The notes: generated by a model not told the origin, from the sequence alone. DNA of 63,374 nucleotides, filler included, from Octopus bimaculoides (GCF_001194135.2; 3 parts of 2 records of this genome joined end to end with filler, not necessarily neighbours in it), one strand, 5' to 3'; shown: positions 1 to 14,358, numbered from the whole stretch's first letter. A program made the numbers and translations.

Positions 1-424
1 TCTAGGTTGCCTCACATGAAATATCGCATTTAAAAATGGAAACATTAAAATTGATATTTAAGTTTTAGAATATATATTTAATCAAATTATTTATGACCTC
101 CATCCACGTTTCTCTAAGGCATATATTCCGACTTCAAAGAATTCGTCATCTTGCTTCAATTGTCTCTTCTTTATTTAAGAATGTTTTATTGTGTATAGGA
201 AGCTCGAAGTGTTTAAATATGCAGTAATCAGTAGGAGAGATATGAGGAGAATAAGGAGGATGTGCCAAAATTTCATAATTCAGGCTTTGCAACATGTGGA
301 CCATAGACTGAAGCAAATTTGAGCCATCTCTATTCACTCATCTGGGATACTTCCTTTATAATTTTTCATGTATGCAATCAATTTCCTGACAATAGGATGT
401 TGCTGTTACAGTTTTTCCCTGTTG
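1..424 (-). mobile_element. Decayed mariner transposase 3' half, probable terminal inverted repeat near 1-30
   Basis: Minus frames read QQGKTVTATSYCQEIDCIHEKL*RKYPR*VNRDG.. and EILAHPPYSPHISPTDYCIFKH. These match the mariner 'TIN...YC..L' and 'HPPYSPDLAPSDY' motifs; several stops are present. Confidence 0.8.
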
Positions 425-970
425 CGAAAAAGATGGTATAAACACACGCCAGAAAACGTCACAGAAAACGAGAAACCAAACATACTCTGGGATATGCCAA
501 TACACACAGATAGAGAAATTAAGGCAAATAGACAAGATATAGTTGTCAAAGATCATGAAGAAAAAAATGCTTTCTAATTGATGTATCAATACCAGCAGAT
601 GACAACGTTTCTCTAAAAGAAATGGAAAAACTTTCAAAATACAAAGACCTGGAAATAGAGGTAACTCGAATGTGGAATCTAAAAACAGAAACAATTCCTA
701 TCATAGTAGGTGCCTTATGTATAATAAAAAATATTCGGACAAATACATAACAAAAACACCAGGACTTAAAAATATATATAACATACAGAAAATTGCACTA
801 CTGGGCACTGCACACATCCTACGCAAAACACTTTCAATACAGAAACCATAAGAACATCACAGCAAACCACAGCACATACCCAAGGCACACAGAGCTGCGC
901 TCGGTAGTGAAGTGAAATCACGTTATAAAAATAAAACTACTGAACAATAATAATCATAATAATAATAATC
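425..970 (+). mobile_element. 3' fragment of a non-LTR retrotransposon with restriction-like endonuclease (R4/Dong/NeSL type), (AAT)n tail
   Basis: WYKHTPENV..ILWDMPIHTDREIKANRQDIVVKD, one frameshift, then CFLIDVSIPADDNVSLKEMEKLSKYKDLEIEV...IQKIALLGTAHILRKTL. This is the PD..D..K endonuclease pattern, followed by a short UTR and AAT repeats at 945-970. Confidence 0.8.
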
Positions 971-1244
971 TTAGGATGGAATTTATAAGAATCTCAGGAA
1001 TGCGGACTGTGGTCTTAAATATCATGTGATTAGTGAAAACGCGCGTACCAATGCATCAGATATTTATAAATTTTTATCCGAAGATTATTGTTATCGTGTA
1101 TATATATACTACAACATTTGTCTGTGTTCGGAATGTCTCTGCAGGGGTCCAACCGGATTCTCGCCTTCGCCGTGAACGATATTTAATCTCCTTTCGTTCC
1201 TTTGCGTCTTTTGTTCTTAACTCGCTACCGCTCTTCATCTGACA

Positions 1245-2150
1245 ACACCCCAAATAGTTTCCCATACACCTGGATACCACCTACCTCAGTACCCTCACCA
1301 AACACACACCACTATACAAACACCCATACACACCATCACACACACCCGCAAGCATCTTTCCACTCGACACACACTAGCACCTAACACTTCTCAGCACCCA
1401 CACCACACACCATTATCTACACATCCGCATACCATTATCTACACACCTACAAACACTCTTCAATAGCATCACCACATATACCACTCATCATGCACACTCC
1501 CACTCCCACTCCAACTCATGCACATAATGCCTGAACAGTTAATATACATACACACCCAGCACGCATTAACACAAGCAACACGCATGAACAGACGCAACAC
1601 GCGTAGACACAGATAACTTTGCCCACAAACATACACAATACACATGCACACTATATGTATACAGACACATATACATACACACACCACCTGAACAAGCACA
1701 CATCAACTGCTAAACACAAGTATTTGCACACACACGCTCGAACACACGTTAGCCTAACACCTATACACACGCCTATAATCATACTCACACATATACACAC
1801 ATCCATACGCGTGCACACACACACACACAAATACACAACACGCATATCACTCCACACAACACATATACTAGGTCACTTGTACACTTACACACACCTAAGC
1901 AATGCGTTTGTATACACACACGATAACCGGACACTTACACACATCCATACACTCAAACACATACATGCCAGCACAAGTAACGTATATCACTGCTCATAAT
2001 GTACGCACTGGGTCACTTACACACAGGTTTACATAAACACAGGTTCACATTTTTTAGCTTATCCACACATACACATTCACACACTACCCTCCATTCATAC
2101 ATACATACATACTCACACACACGATTCTTACAAACGACACAAGAGAGTAA
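1245..2150. repeat. Long degenerate (CA)/(ACAT)-rich low-complexity tract
   Basis: Strong C/A strand skew; produces spurious His/Thr-rich ORFs. Confidence 0.9.
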
Positions 2151-2395
2151 ATTCGTTCGACCGGGTCACCGGCATTATCTTCCTTTCATTCAGCTTCTTC
2201 TGGCTATTTCATCACGTTGCATTATCTGCACATTATTTTTCTCTCTTTGTTTTTTTTTATTACTATTATTCTCTCTGCTTTTCCCCCTCTTAATCATTTC
2301 TGCCGGAGAGCGTAGGTTCGAAACGTACAAGGCTTTCCCATTCTTCCTCAGTGAAATTTATATACTTGCTTATTGTTCCTACAACTGTCTAGTGT
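2150..2395 (+). mobile_element. Dispersed repeat, probable Penelope-like terminal sequence with a degenerate hammerhead-like motif
   Basis: ctgccggagagcgtaggttcgaaacgta at 2300-2327; related copies at 26040-26215 and 29040-29240. Confidence 0.45.
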
Positions 2396-5300
2396 GTGNN
2401 NNNNNNNNNNNNNNNNNNNNNNNNNNNNNNNNNNNNNNNNNNNNNNNNNNNNNNNNNNNNNNNNNNNNNNNNNNNNNNNNNNNNNNNNNNNNNNNNNNNN
2501 NNNNNNNNNNNNNNNNNNNNNNNNNNNNNNNNNNNNNNNNNNNNNNNNNNNNNNNNNNNNNNNNNNNNNNNNNNNNNNNNNNNNNNNNNNNNNNNNNNNN
2601 NNNNNNNNNNNNNNNNNNNNNNNNNNNNNNNNNNNNNNNNNNNNNNNNNNNNNNNNNNNNNNNNNNNNNNNNNNNNNNNNNNNNNNNNNNNNNNNNNNNN
2701 NNNNNNNNNNNNNNNNNNNNNNNNNNNNNNNNNNNNNNNNNNNNNNNNNNNNNNNNNNNNNNNNNNNNNNNNNNNNNNNNNNNNNNNNNNNNNNNNNNNN
2801 NNNNNNNNNNNNNNNNNNNNNNNNNNNNNNNNNNNNNNNNNNNNNNNNNNNNNNNNNNNNNNNNNNNNNNNNNNNNNNNNNNNNNNNNNNNNNNNNNNNN
2901 NNNNNNNNNNNNNNNNNNNNNNNNNNNNNNNNNNNNNNNNNNNNNNNNNNNNNNNNNNNNNNNNNNNNNNNNNNNNNNNNNNNNNNNNNNNNNNNNNNNN
3001 NNNNNNNNNNNNNNNNNNNNNNNNNNNNNNNNNNNNNNNNNNNNNNNNNNNNNNNNNNNNNNNNNNNNNNNNNNNNNNNNNNNNNNNNNNNNNNNNNNNN
3101 NNNNNNNNNNNNNNNNNNNNNNNNNNNNNNNNNNNNNNNNNNNNNNNNNNNNNNNNNNNNNNNNNNNNNNNNNNNNNNNNNNNNNNNNNNNNNNNNNNNN
3201 NNNNNNNNNNNNNNNNNNNNNNNNNNNNNNNNNNNNNNNNNNNNNNNNNNNNNNNNNNNNNNNNNNNNNNNNNNNNNNNNNNNNNNNNNNNNNNNNNNNN
3301 NNNNNNNNNNNNNNNNNNNNNNNNNNNNNNNNNNNNNNNNNNNNNNNNNNATATATATATATACATATATATATATGCGTGTGTGTGTGTATACTTTAAG
3401 TTACATGGAATTCTATATTCAAAAAGCGGGTGTTATCCAATGTCTTTAACATGGCATTTTTCTAGATTTATGAGCACATCTCTTACTCGTCACTGAAAAC
3501 AATGTAGTTTTTCTCTCTTTCTTTTAAAAACTCCAATACCAATAAAGATGTTCGTTTGTAGAGAAAGGGAAAAGCACTTATATTTAAACACCTTAACAAC
3601 AAAGAACCACTTTCCCAGAGTTTTCTAATAAAACCAACCACAGAAATCTCGACAGAATTTGAATTTCTTTGGAAACAAAAAATTATCCAAAACTTTGTAC
3701 ATAACACCTTGGTGCTTGTTGCCTAGTCATCCAGAACAGATCTTTTCCTTATCGTTATTAATCATATTAAAAATTTCTTATGAAATAATATTGGTTTTAA
3801 TATCTACTTTCGAAACTATATTGAAAGCACTCAATATCTTTGGAATGTGTTGAAAGTTCACGTCAGTTTCAAAAACCATATTTACTTAATATTTCAATGC
3901 TGTTGTAATCAAGAAAATTTAACTGTATTGTCACACGATGTTAAGATAACCATTACACGGCAACTTCGACATATGTCTTTAACTCTATCCTGGGTCAACC
4001 AACGCCTTATAAGTGAATTTGGTTGACGCACCCTCTTCAGAAATTACTTATATATCAGTGTGTGTGTGTGTGTGTGTGTGTGCGTGCGCGCGCGAGAGAG
4101 AGAGAGTGTTTGTGTGCGCATGAGTGTGTGTATTTGTGTGTGAGGGAATGTGTGTGTATGTGTGCGAGCCTATGTATGTGTATATGTGTGTGCGTGTATA
4201 TGTAAATGTGTGTGTGATAGTTTGTGAGTATGTGTATGTGATAGTTTGTGAGTATATGTGCGTGCGTGTGTGTGTGTGCGTGTGTGTGTGTGCGTGTGTG
4301 TGTGTGCNNNNNNNNNNATAGTTTGTGAGTATATGTGCGTGCGTGTGTGTGTGTGCGTGTGTGTGTGTGCGTGTGTGTGTGTGCGTGTGTGTGCGTTTGT
4401 CGTTTCCCGCTTCGCAACCGACTTTACTTTGTTTACATCTTATAACTTACGTGGTTCAGTGAAAAAGTGACCGTCAGGATAAATATTAGGACTCCAGTAT
4501 ACTGCAGATCAATTACTGAGACTTGTAAGATACAAATATCTTTTGTAAACTGTTGTCTCAAGCTACTGCTATCTAGCACCTTTGGATGATCTCTACTCAA
4601 ACGCTACTCGACTGCTACTCAACAACTACTCAACAGCCCTACCACGGCCAGACTACATCTATTTATATGTCTTGGGTGATCTTACTTCTTCGCTTGGGGA
4701 CGTCGACACAACATAAACATATATTGATAATTACTCTCCTCTTCAATAGAAAAAAGTTTTATTTTATTCCTGGAAATGTAATAATAGCCATTATCTGTCA
4801 GGACCTCATTTTCTTTTAAGCAACATTTTCCACACAACCTGACATCCATTAAATGTTCGTCTGGCCTGCTAACATTTATCAACGAAATATAGGTAGATTA
4901 ACAACCTAATATCTTAAAACTCCAAGAACTCGAAACATGATATAGTCCTAAATAGGTCTAAATGATGGGTTGGTCACTGCCGGAATAACTTTGATCATAG
5001 CACTGGTGGATCACAACTGGCCTGGGTTTAAACAGCAAATATTTCACTTCCTGGTCCCGTATTTTCAACTAAGACTTCAATATCAAGCTATACTTTCGCA
5101 AAGATATTTTTCATTCAGTGCTAATAACTTGGTGACATGATCAAGTTATCGATACATAGCTCGTTGCATACCTACCAATAAGATCAATTTCAATAATTAT
5201 TATTCACTTTCTTTGGAGCTGACAAACAAGATAAGAAGATTTGAAATTATTCATTTTTCACTAATATCTCACTCTATACAATAGTACGGTAAATCTTTTC

Positions 5301-5898
5301 TTAATCTGCCACACGGTCACTGCCATAGAAACAATATTTACAACTCTTCTTCTTTGACTTGTCCTAGATTATCTACAGATATTAAATGCAATTGCTTGAG
5401 CTTTCGTCGATCCTACGCAACCAGCTACATCGATAAGTCTGATAAATATGTCTTCGTGTTTCATCTGACAACAATTGTAACCTAAGTAAGCAGATACAGA
5501 AGGTAGAAAGAATTACTTTTCATATCTGTATTATTGCTATGATACACTTATAGTCAATATTCTCCTTTGTTCAGTTTCACTTTATTCATGAACTTTATAA
5601 TCAGATCAGTCATTTCATCTAGATCTGATTAAATGCTTCATTTTTGGAGACAGCAAACTATTGTTGCTTATTATCTTCTATCGCTACTAATAAGATAGAT
5701 GGAGAACAAAACTACCGAACAAAGTGACCAGATCCAAACGACGAATGGATAGAAAACAAAAACGAACCTATTGATAAGTTAATTATCATGCAATTTATCC
5801 TATAGAAATGAACTGAGATTTATTCCAAATTGACATTTGTGATGTGGTGCATAACTTTCTTTTCATCCGTGCTCTACATACATACATACATATATACA

Positions 5899-5930
<32 letters not shown>

Positions 5931-7329
5931 CATTAACACACACACATACACAAATATTGATTCCATCAAGTGAGGTTCATGGATTTTGCAGATGAGATTA
6001 AATAAGAGATAGTAGAAATGATGATGTTCCTGCATTTGAAAAAAACAGTTTTGATGTTATTAAAACAGATAGGATTCAGCCATTAAAGAAATTTATATAT
6101 CAGGTGCGGGATATCACTTGCACTTTGTTTTATGTTACCTTCATCGCTTATCTGAAACGAGTCAATTTCTGGCGTATGGATTTTGAATGTTAGAGGCTTT
6201 GGCAATCATGGATATGAATGATGTTGAACATAGCAAATAATAATTTTCTTGCTTTAAAAGTGTTAAACGTTATATCAATAAGGTCTAAAAGAGAAGTCAT
6301 CATAAATATTGATTAGTGACATTATAGCGAGGTTTTGAATATTTAAGCAGAAAGTATAATCGATCGCAACGAAACCAGCGCATGGTTAACGATTATTTTT
6401 ATTGGTCTGAAGTGATGAAAGATCTTAAATCTCTTTGAGATACCTATCTGATACGAAATGTTACAGTTAGTGCTGTTCAATGTTTATATATGCATATTAT
6501 AAATGTAAGACTCATCAATATTTTATATTCAACAATTTTTTTCATATTTCCTTATTCCTTATATGTTTGATTGTAAAAATAGCGTTACTAAAACCATTAG
6601 TTCATTGAAGTTTTACGACTTTCCGGCATCATCAAGATGAAGTGTTAGTAGTAATGATGCACATTTTGCTGCAGGTTACATGAATCTTGAGAATACAGCG
6701 ATTACGTCCTGGCAGATTTCATGAGTATTCCATACGTAAAGTAGCTGTGTGTTGATATTCCTTTGTAATTTACTATTATTGAAATTTCCATAATTATTCT
6801 TCTTATTTGTGTTTTTATGGAATTCTACGAGAAAGAGTTATACTTGTGTGACCAAAGAACATTTTAAGTTATGAAGGTTACAACATGCTATTTTGTTTGT
6901 CTGGAGTATATTCAGAGATGTGTTACCCTGAGGTTTCTTGTTGTGGAAATGTTCAATTCTGTTGCTTTATTTTTCTAAATTATTCCATAACTTTGAGGTA
7001 TTGTGTGATGATAGATGAATATTTATAATATAGTCAGCCATTTTGTAACTACTAGAGTGTATCTGCGTTTTGTAGAACAGGATATATGTAGTGCATGTTT
7101 TATATTTAGTGTGTAGCTATATTGGTCATATCAGTTTGGAAAGACTTGTTTTTGTATTGTTCTATGATCAGGTCTTCCAATTTATTAAGTTAGTCATTAA
7201 TAACTAGTCTTTGTTGGAAATATTACATAGCGGGGGCACTATACATGCATACGTAATCATAGTTTTGTGTTTTGTAAATACTGGTGCTGCACATGTATTA
7301 TTGTGAAGTAGCATGACCTAGCTGTTGGA

Positions 7330-7530
7330 GTGTGCGCTCATGGTGCAAGATTCTGCTTTCACTTCCTGAATCAGGTGATGCATTGTGAACTCGAGGAAAA
7401 CACTTAAATTTATGTTGCTCCAGTTCACTCATATGGTAAAAATGAGAAATCCAACGACGGAGTGGTGTCTCGTCCATGAAACATATAAGCCACAGAATCC
7501 GGGAGACTATGGCTCGGGAAGAACCTTTGA
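7330..7530 (+). mobile_element. Decayed tRNA-derived SINE (CORE-like middle plus tail type Z)
   Basis: aacacttaaatttatgttgctccagttcactca..ggtaaaaatgag is shared with 18670 and 30131. The 3' part (gacggagtggtgtctcgtcca..aacatataagccacagaatccggg) is shared with the 40563 element. Confidence 0.55.
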
Positions 7531-8239
7531 GCCTCTTGATACCTATTATTCCTTATTCCTACGTTTTTTTTCGGAAGATGAAATTGCATGTTGATCAGAA
7601 TATATTATGCTACAACTACAATGCACGGTAATTATAAGGATGGAATTATTTATCTTCGTCATCTGTTATGACTGATATTCCTAGCCACATTAAGTATACA
7701 TAAATGTACAATATACGTATATGACTGCCAGTATAAACCGACAAAATACTTAGAGAGTCACATCGATTCTGAGGATGGTGCCACCGTGATGGTCTTGGTA
7801 CGTTAATGGACTAATACATTTTAGTAGGCCTCTATTTCTACTTAAACATATAATTTTTAAAGAGAAGCTGCGCTTTCTGTGCTCATGCAAGCACACATGT
7901 ACGTAATATAATAAATGTGCATGTATGTATGCGTGTGTACGTGTATGAGTGCGTGTGCGTGCGTGTGTATGTTTGTGAGTATGGAGAGTGCTTATTTCAC
8001 AGAAATTGATCCGATCAAAGTTGAGTATTTCCGTACTCAAAACAAAATGCGAATGCAGTTTCCCATATTTTATTTAGTAGTTCACACTGCAACGCGCGCG
8101 CGCGCACACACGCACACACACACACACGCACACACACATTCACACATAAATCACACACACACACACGCATATCGCTTACACTCACAGAAAGTAATTTAAA
8201 TGTAAATGTAGTCAGCTTACAATTTGCAATTCTACCCTG

Positions 8240-9120
8240 TACGAAGTACCAGGCCGAGTCGTAAGTTTTTTCAAATTTACACTAATGATTTTTGGCAACT
8301 TTTATCTCCATGATATATCACTTATTTGATGCAACTTGCTGAATTATTTATTCTTATTTTCATATATAACTGATAAATACTAATTACTGATTCTTTATCT
8401 TGCTACTTTGATAATGAGTGGCGACTTTACGCTATCTGTGGGAAAAAGGAACTCAGTGCAAGGTCAGCGGCAAAAGCTGTTATTAAAGTGGGAAGCTGGT
8501 GAATTGTCGATGAACGTATGCACAAAACCGTTTCAGATGTTGCAAAGGTGACACCAGCCCCGAAGACAAATCAAGGTCAAGGAAACCTACTATTGTAGAA
8601 GATGAGGCCTTGCACAAGCACTCGTATGTTGTTGGCAGAAGTTAGCTCTTTATAAAGCAGCATCACTAGACGAATCTATAAGCTCAGACTTCTGAACAGA
8701 AGCTGTCCAGAAGTTCCTCATGAACTGACCAATGACTAAGCTCAACAACATGAGAACATTTGCAAACAACTGTTTGCAAATCCACGAGATAATTTCTTCG
8801 ATGTATTTTTGTAATCCAAATAAGAGAAGTCAGGGGCTTCTTTCCGGCCAAGCTACTGAACCTATTTATCTTTTCCGAGCCATCGCTCATTTCCTCCAAG
8901 GTCAGAGGTTCTACAATGTAGACGATGTTTCAAATGGGTGCAGAATAGTTTGGAGCACTAAACCAATCAAATGGTACAGGCATAGAATTAAGATTCTGAC
9001 AAGGATGGCAACAGACAGTAGAATGTGACTGGATATATTTTGATGAATAAACACTAGGACTATTATTTAAAACTCTAAATATGAGAAACTTTTGACGCAG
9101 TCATTTAAACAACTGTAAAT
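8240..9120 (+). mobile_element. Internally deleted, decayed mariner element
   Basis: Fragments RFRCCKGDTSPEDKSRSRKP, VPHELT (WVPHEL motif) and YLFRAIAHFLQGQRFYNVDDV..WQQTVECDWIYFDE*, a typical mariner C-terminus. Confidence 0.75.
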
Positions 9121-10781
9121 ACATCTTGCTATATTTTTTGCACATTGCTTTCTGCGGCAGAAACTTTATAAATTGTAAGCTATCTACATGAAATTCTCAT
9201 AGATTTTCGAACGCAAGCTATTTTTCCATTGCACCCCCCCACACACACACACACACATACACGCACTAATACACACACATACACTCATACACACACACAC
9301 CACACCACACCACACGTACACCGACACACCACACATACATGCGCACACACACACACAAATGCACACACGCACACATACAATAATGATACAAAATTGAGGA
9401 ATTTATTTACAAATCATATAGGTAACTTTGATATTTTTAATTACAATCTCTGCTCAAACATGGTAAATTCGAGCTCCTCCGGTACATGTAACAATATGGA
9501 TAGCAATACTTCTAAATGTTCATGCTCACTTTAGCACACCAAATTACCCGTTACCAATTTAATTGTAATGACTTCATTGACAATGATGGTGGATTTGGAC
9601 GGGGTAATAGTATGAGCAACATCTTCGGTACAATTAGTATTGCAATTTGTCATAGTGCAGGGGCTACTGCCTACAAATGTAATAACTTTTTTTTTCCTAA
9701 GCATAGCAATAGGGATTGTGAAAATAATCCTAGTTATGATAATGATATGATGAATGGCGGAACCAATAACCGCAGTACTAATTTAAATTTTAACATCCAG
9801 TCTTGGTGTACAGATATTATCACTAGCCTTTGGAACTATGCTTTTAGGAGGAACGCCAATATGTGTCACTGTACAAGGTCGGTTGAGTGGCTTCTGAAAA
9901 TATACGTTCAATAATATAGTTTACAATTGTTCGGTCTTAACATCCGGTAAAATATATGGTTACATCGGAACGTTTTCAAACACATTCAAGGTCAGATTAC
10001 GTGCTTATTCACATAATTTTAGAACAGAGTAAAGTTAAACTGATATGGAAACTTTAAAAAAAGACTTAGGAAACAAACGGTCACTTGGTCAATATTTAGA
10101 TGTGCCAGGCCACATATGGGAGGCAGTGCCTGTTGCACATTAATCTGAACTGAGGTGCTTGCTATAATGAACTGTAGGGGGATCTCTCACAGACATATTC
10201 GATGAGATTTGTTATGAGATGTCCGCATTTTATAAAGAGAACTTTTCTATATAATATCTATTAAATAACCCGATTACCAGTGTCACTGAAGAGCAGTTAT
10301 TACGGTTTTTCGCTTTAATCTTTTCCCTTAAACTTTCTTTCTTTAACTATTCTCCTCATTAACCAATGGATTAGCGAGTGGACAATAGGAACAGTTATAC
10401 ATCTTTTTCGGCACGCTGATCTATAGATATATGCTAGTTATGTATTTACTGTTTACCGCGAAACTAACATATGTCTTTGTACATAGGATTATATCTTTTA
10501 CTGTTGTACGTGAACTACTTTAATAATTTACAGTTTACCTATTACTCTTGTCATTACCTAATGTTAGTAATTACATTTTTTTTCTAATTTCATTTCCCTG
10601 ACATTATCTAATGCTTCTAATTGCATTTATGCAGATATAGTTATCGGTTTCACATTGTATCGTGTTTGTATATTGACATAGTATAGGACTTATTAGGCGT
10701 ACTTGTGTAAACGATAAATACACCATAATATTTGCAAATAAAAAAATTGAATTCGCTTAGGTAACTCTAAATGATATGTGT

Positions 10782-10822
<41 letters not shown>

Positions 10823-11168
10823 TTTTTATGCTTGTATGTAGAGGTGTTAGCTCTAATATTTTTCCTATATGCATGTATACATTTATACGTGTTTATACAT
10901 ATATANNNNNNNNNNNNNNNNNNNNNNNNNNNNNNNNNNNNNNNNNNNNNNNNNNNNNNNNNNNNNNNNNNNNNNNNNNNNNNNNNNNNNNNNNNNNNNN
11001 NNNNNNNNNNNNNNNNNNNNNNNNNNNNNNNNNNNNNNNNNNNNNNNNNNNNNNNNATATACGTGTATACACACACAAACATAATGTTAGTGCAGGTGTC
11101 TTTGTATTATTGCGGGTACATGCATGAGAGTACATATACTCTTAACATTTTTATGTATGCATATATAT

Positions 11169-11199
<31 letters not shown>

Positions 11200-11859
11200 C
11201 GGATGAATATGGTACTTAAGTTGAGACACTAGAATTTTGTACGGTATTATCCATATAATTTCAAAGTAAGGTGATAAAATCAAACTAGCAACAAGGATAT
11301 CCAGAGTTAATGCAGTACGATCGTTTCACGCAACTCCATTTAATTGAACAATGCAATCATTACATTAATTTAAAATGCAGAGCAAACCTCAGCTGCACAA
11401 AGACATACAATTTAATTAAATTAGAACAGCTGGACACATTAGTATAATTATACCTAAAATATCCAAGAAGTTAAGGAGATAGACAAAGAACATGCTGGCT
11501 TCACTCCAGCACAGAAGTTACTAAGTTATCAAGGATATGTACATTGTTACAGACTTTGCCTGTCACTGAGTTTTTGTTTTTGTGGGGTCAGTTTTAATTT
11601 ATAGATTAGTTTATCAAATCCTTGTATATCTAAGGCTGAGAGAACAAAGGCAATATCTGTTAGGGGTTGGGCTGAGGGAGCAGACAGAAATCATAGTTGG
11701 TATTGTCATAAAAATCAACATTTATTAGAAGCAATATCATGAGGTTTGGTAAAGGAAAACTTAAAACAAGATGTTAGCTGACAACCTTAATAATACTAAT
11801 ATTAATAATAATAATTCTCCTAGTTGCAATTGTAGAGTTAAATCCTGCTGTCCGTTATT

Positions 11860-13140
11860 ACCCGAATGTAGTAAATAAATGCACAATAATATCTACAACT
11901 AATAATTATATTTACTTCGGTTGTTCGATTAATTTGAAACAGCGTACATACAGTCACGTGTCGTACTTTAAACTTAAACATAAGGCGAATTGTGCGCCAT
12001 TATTCAGTAAGATTTGGGAATTGAAAGAAAGTGGAATTGCGTTTAACCTCAAATGGGAAATAATAAGAAAAGTTCAGCCTTATAAAAATAGCAGATATCG
12101 GTGTGAGCTTTGCTCTATGGAAACATATGAAATTGTTAAGCATAAAGATAATGGCAACCTGATTAATAATCGATAAGACCTTAGGGTATCATGTGTACAT
12201 AGTGCTACACGTACCTTGAAATATTTTAGAAAGTAGCACATTATTGATCTTGTGATTTAAAACCTATAATGTACTTCTTAGTTTAAAACCAGTGCATAGG
12301 TAGTATGCCTTACAGCATTAATTTTCCTTTAGTTAATTAATACATATTTTCTATAAATCTTCTGTATTGAAGTTACCAAGTTGTTTATATATTTCATCAT
12401 CATTTTAGTGATTAAGCTATTTTATATCCTTTTCTTTTTCTATGGTGTTTCTACCTTACCTGATCATTTTAATACTTTATAATTGAATTTAGGCAAACCT
12501 AAATTTTTTTACCCCTATAAATTCATACTTAGCTTATAAAAAATAATATGGATATCTTCACAACTAAACATTAAACTACTTAGACTATAATTTAACTAAT
12601 TTATAGTAAATTTGTTCTCTCACCTCAATGATAAATCTTCCTGATAACCCTAAATTTTAACTTTATACTATAATGACCTATTGTTTAAAATAGTTTTAGT
12701 AATTAAATCTTTTATCCCTTTCTTAAAGCGTTCCGTCCTCCTAATTTTGGTATTTATATTGGCTTTATACAAACAACCCTTCTAATTAAGTACCTCTCTG
12801 AAACTGTAATATCATTTATGGATTAACACAAGTAACTTTTAAAATCTATATTATACCTCTTAATATTAGTATATAATTAGCATGTCCTTTTTAACAACAA
12901 TTATTCTTTTAACCAGTACTGGGTTTCAGTCCTCATTCTAATAAGCTAAATAAGTTAATTAACAATTTTTAGCTCATAATACATTTTCTATAAATATTTG
13001 CTATTGAAGTTAATAAGGTATGGATATTCTATTATGGTTTTTATTTCATTCATAATAATCTTCTTGATTACCCTAAATTTCAACTGGGAAAGAACCGGTG
13101 ATCTGTATCCTAACTTCCAGACGGTAGGTATAATTTAAAG
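11860..13140 (+). mobile_element. Penelope-like element 3' end: GIY-YIG endonuclease remnant followed by AT-rich, partly duplicated terminal sequence
   Basis: NVVNKC..YIYFGCSINLKQRTYSH..LFSKIWELKE..LKWEII..Y....CELCSMETYEI matches the PLE GIY-YIG C-terminus. Repeated blocks at 12260-12660 and 12900-13110. Confidence 0.7.
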
Positions 13141-14167
13141 ATGAAAATAATTAATCGAAGCAGGGCAAGCTCGTCGGTTCATTTAAATTAGTTTAATGCT
13201 GAAGCGAAGTAAAATTAAAATAGTGTCTTACAGCTCTTTCTGTGATATGACAGATAATGGATCGATGTGTTGATCCACATTTCCACTGGGTATTGTGTCA
13301 TTGCAGTATACACATATATGCAAACACGAGTATGCATCTGTCTGTAGACGATAAATATATGTGCATATACATGTAAAAATGTTATATGTGTGCGTGTTTG
13401 TATGAAAACGTATATAAAGAGTGGGTGAGTGAGAGAGGTAGTGATAGTGAGAGGGATAATCAATGAGTGTTTGACTTATTTATAATTAATGTACAATGTG
13501 GTTTATTTTTATGTTTTGTTATTCTTATAATCGAGACTGGCCCACTCTGTGTTCGCTGATAATTGTTCAACATCGCCAAGCACGTCTTAGTAAGGATTAA
13601 AGTGTCACTGAGTGGAATATCTTTTGATTATAAGAACTGATTATAAGAAATTACAATACTTTGAATTTGATTAATTGACTTAAATCCTATCTCACATATA
13701 ATATGTTAGACGGTTTGTTGACCGAGGATTATACACACTTGATCTATTTGCATACGATTTCCACTCCCGTGAAGTGTGAAAAATTTATACTGCATCGCAA
13801 GTTTACTTCATAAGTTGATTGTGTTTCAAATCAGGATATGAGAGTGAGTGAATGGGCAGTAATGTTATTAACTATGTCGCATATATTGCCAATATTGCAT
13901 AACTTTGTGATACAGACTAAAAAAGTTTCATTTATGGAAACGATCGTAGCATCGATTTGACTTCTCTTTCCCATTATTAAATTAAGTATAATTCACTCTG
14001 TGGGGCTTATAACATGGTTAATCGAGCATGCCTTGGATTTGCGAAGTTCTCCTTTCTGTAAATAATTGAATCATGACTGTCCTTCCTTCCGTTATGGAAA
14101 TACTATACTAACCTAGTTTACACATGAAGTGCTGATGATTTGGTCGCCTGTATTAGTCTTGTCCCTT

Positions 14168-14220
<53 letters not shown>

Positions 14221-14300
14221 GGATAGATAGATAGATAGGTAGGCAGGCAGGCAAGCAGGCAGGCAGGCAGGCAGGAGGCAGGTAGGTAAGTAGGTAGGTC

Positions 14301-14357
<57 letters not shown>

Positions 14358-14358
14358 T
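14168..14358. repeat. Compound (GATA)n/(GGCA)n/(GGTA)n microsatellite
   Basis: Direct reading. Confidence 0.95.

Noticed and set aside
4238-4390. Duplicated segment either side of an 11-N gap
   Set aside because: Near-identical copies flanking a tiny gap indicate an unmerged contig overlap in a microsatellite.
6000-7300. Possible further decayed Penelope element on the minus strand
   Set aside because: Only weak compositional hints; I could not read a diagnostic protein motif.
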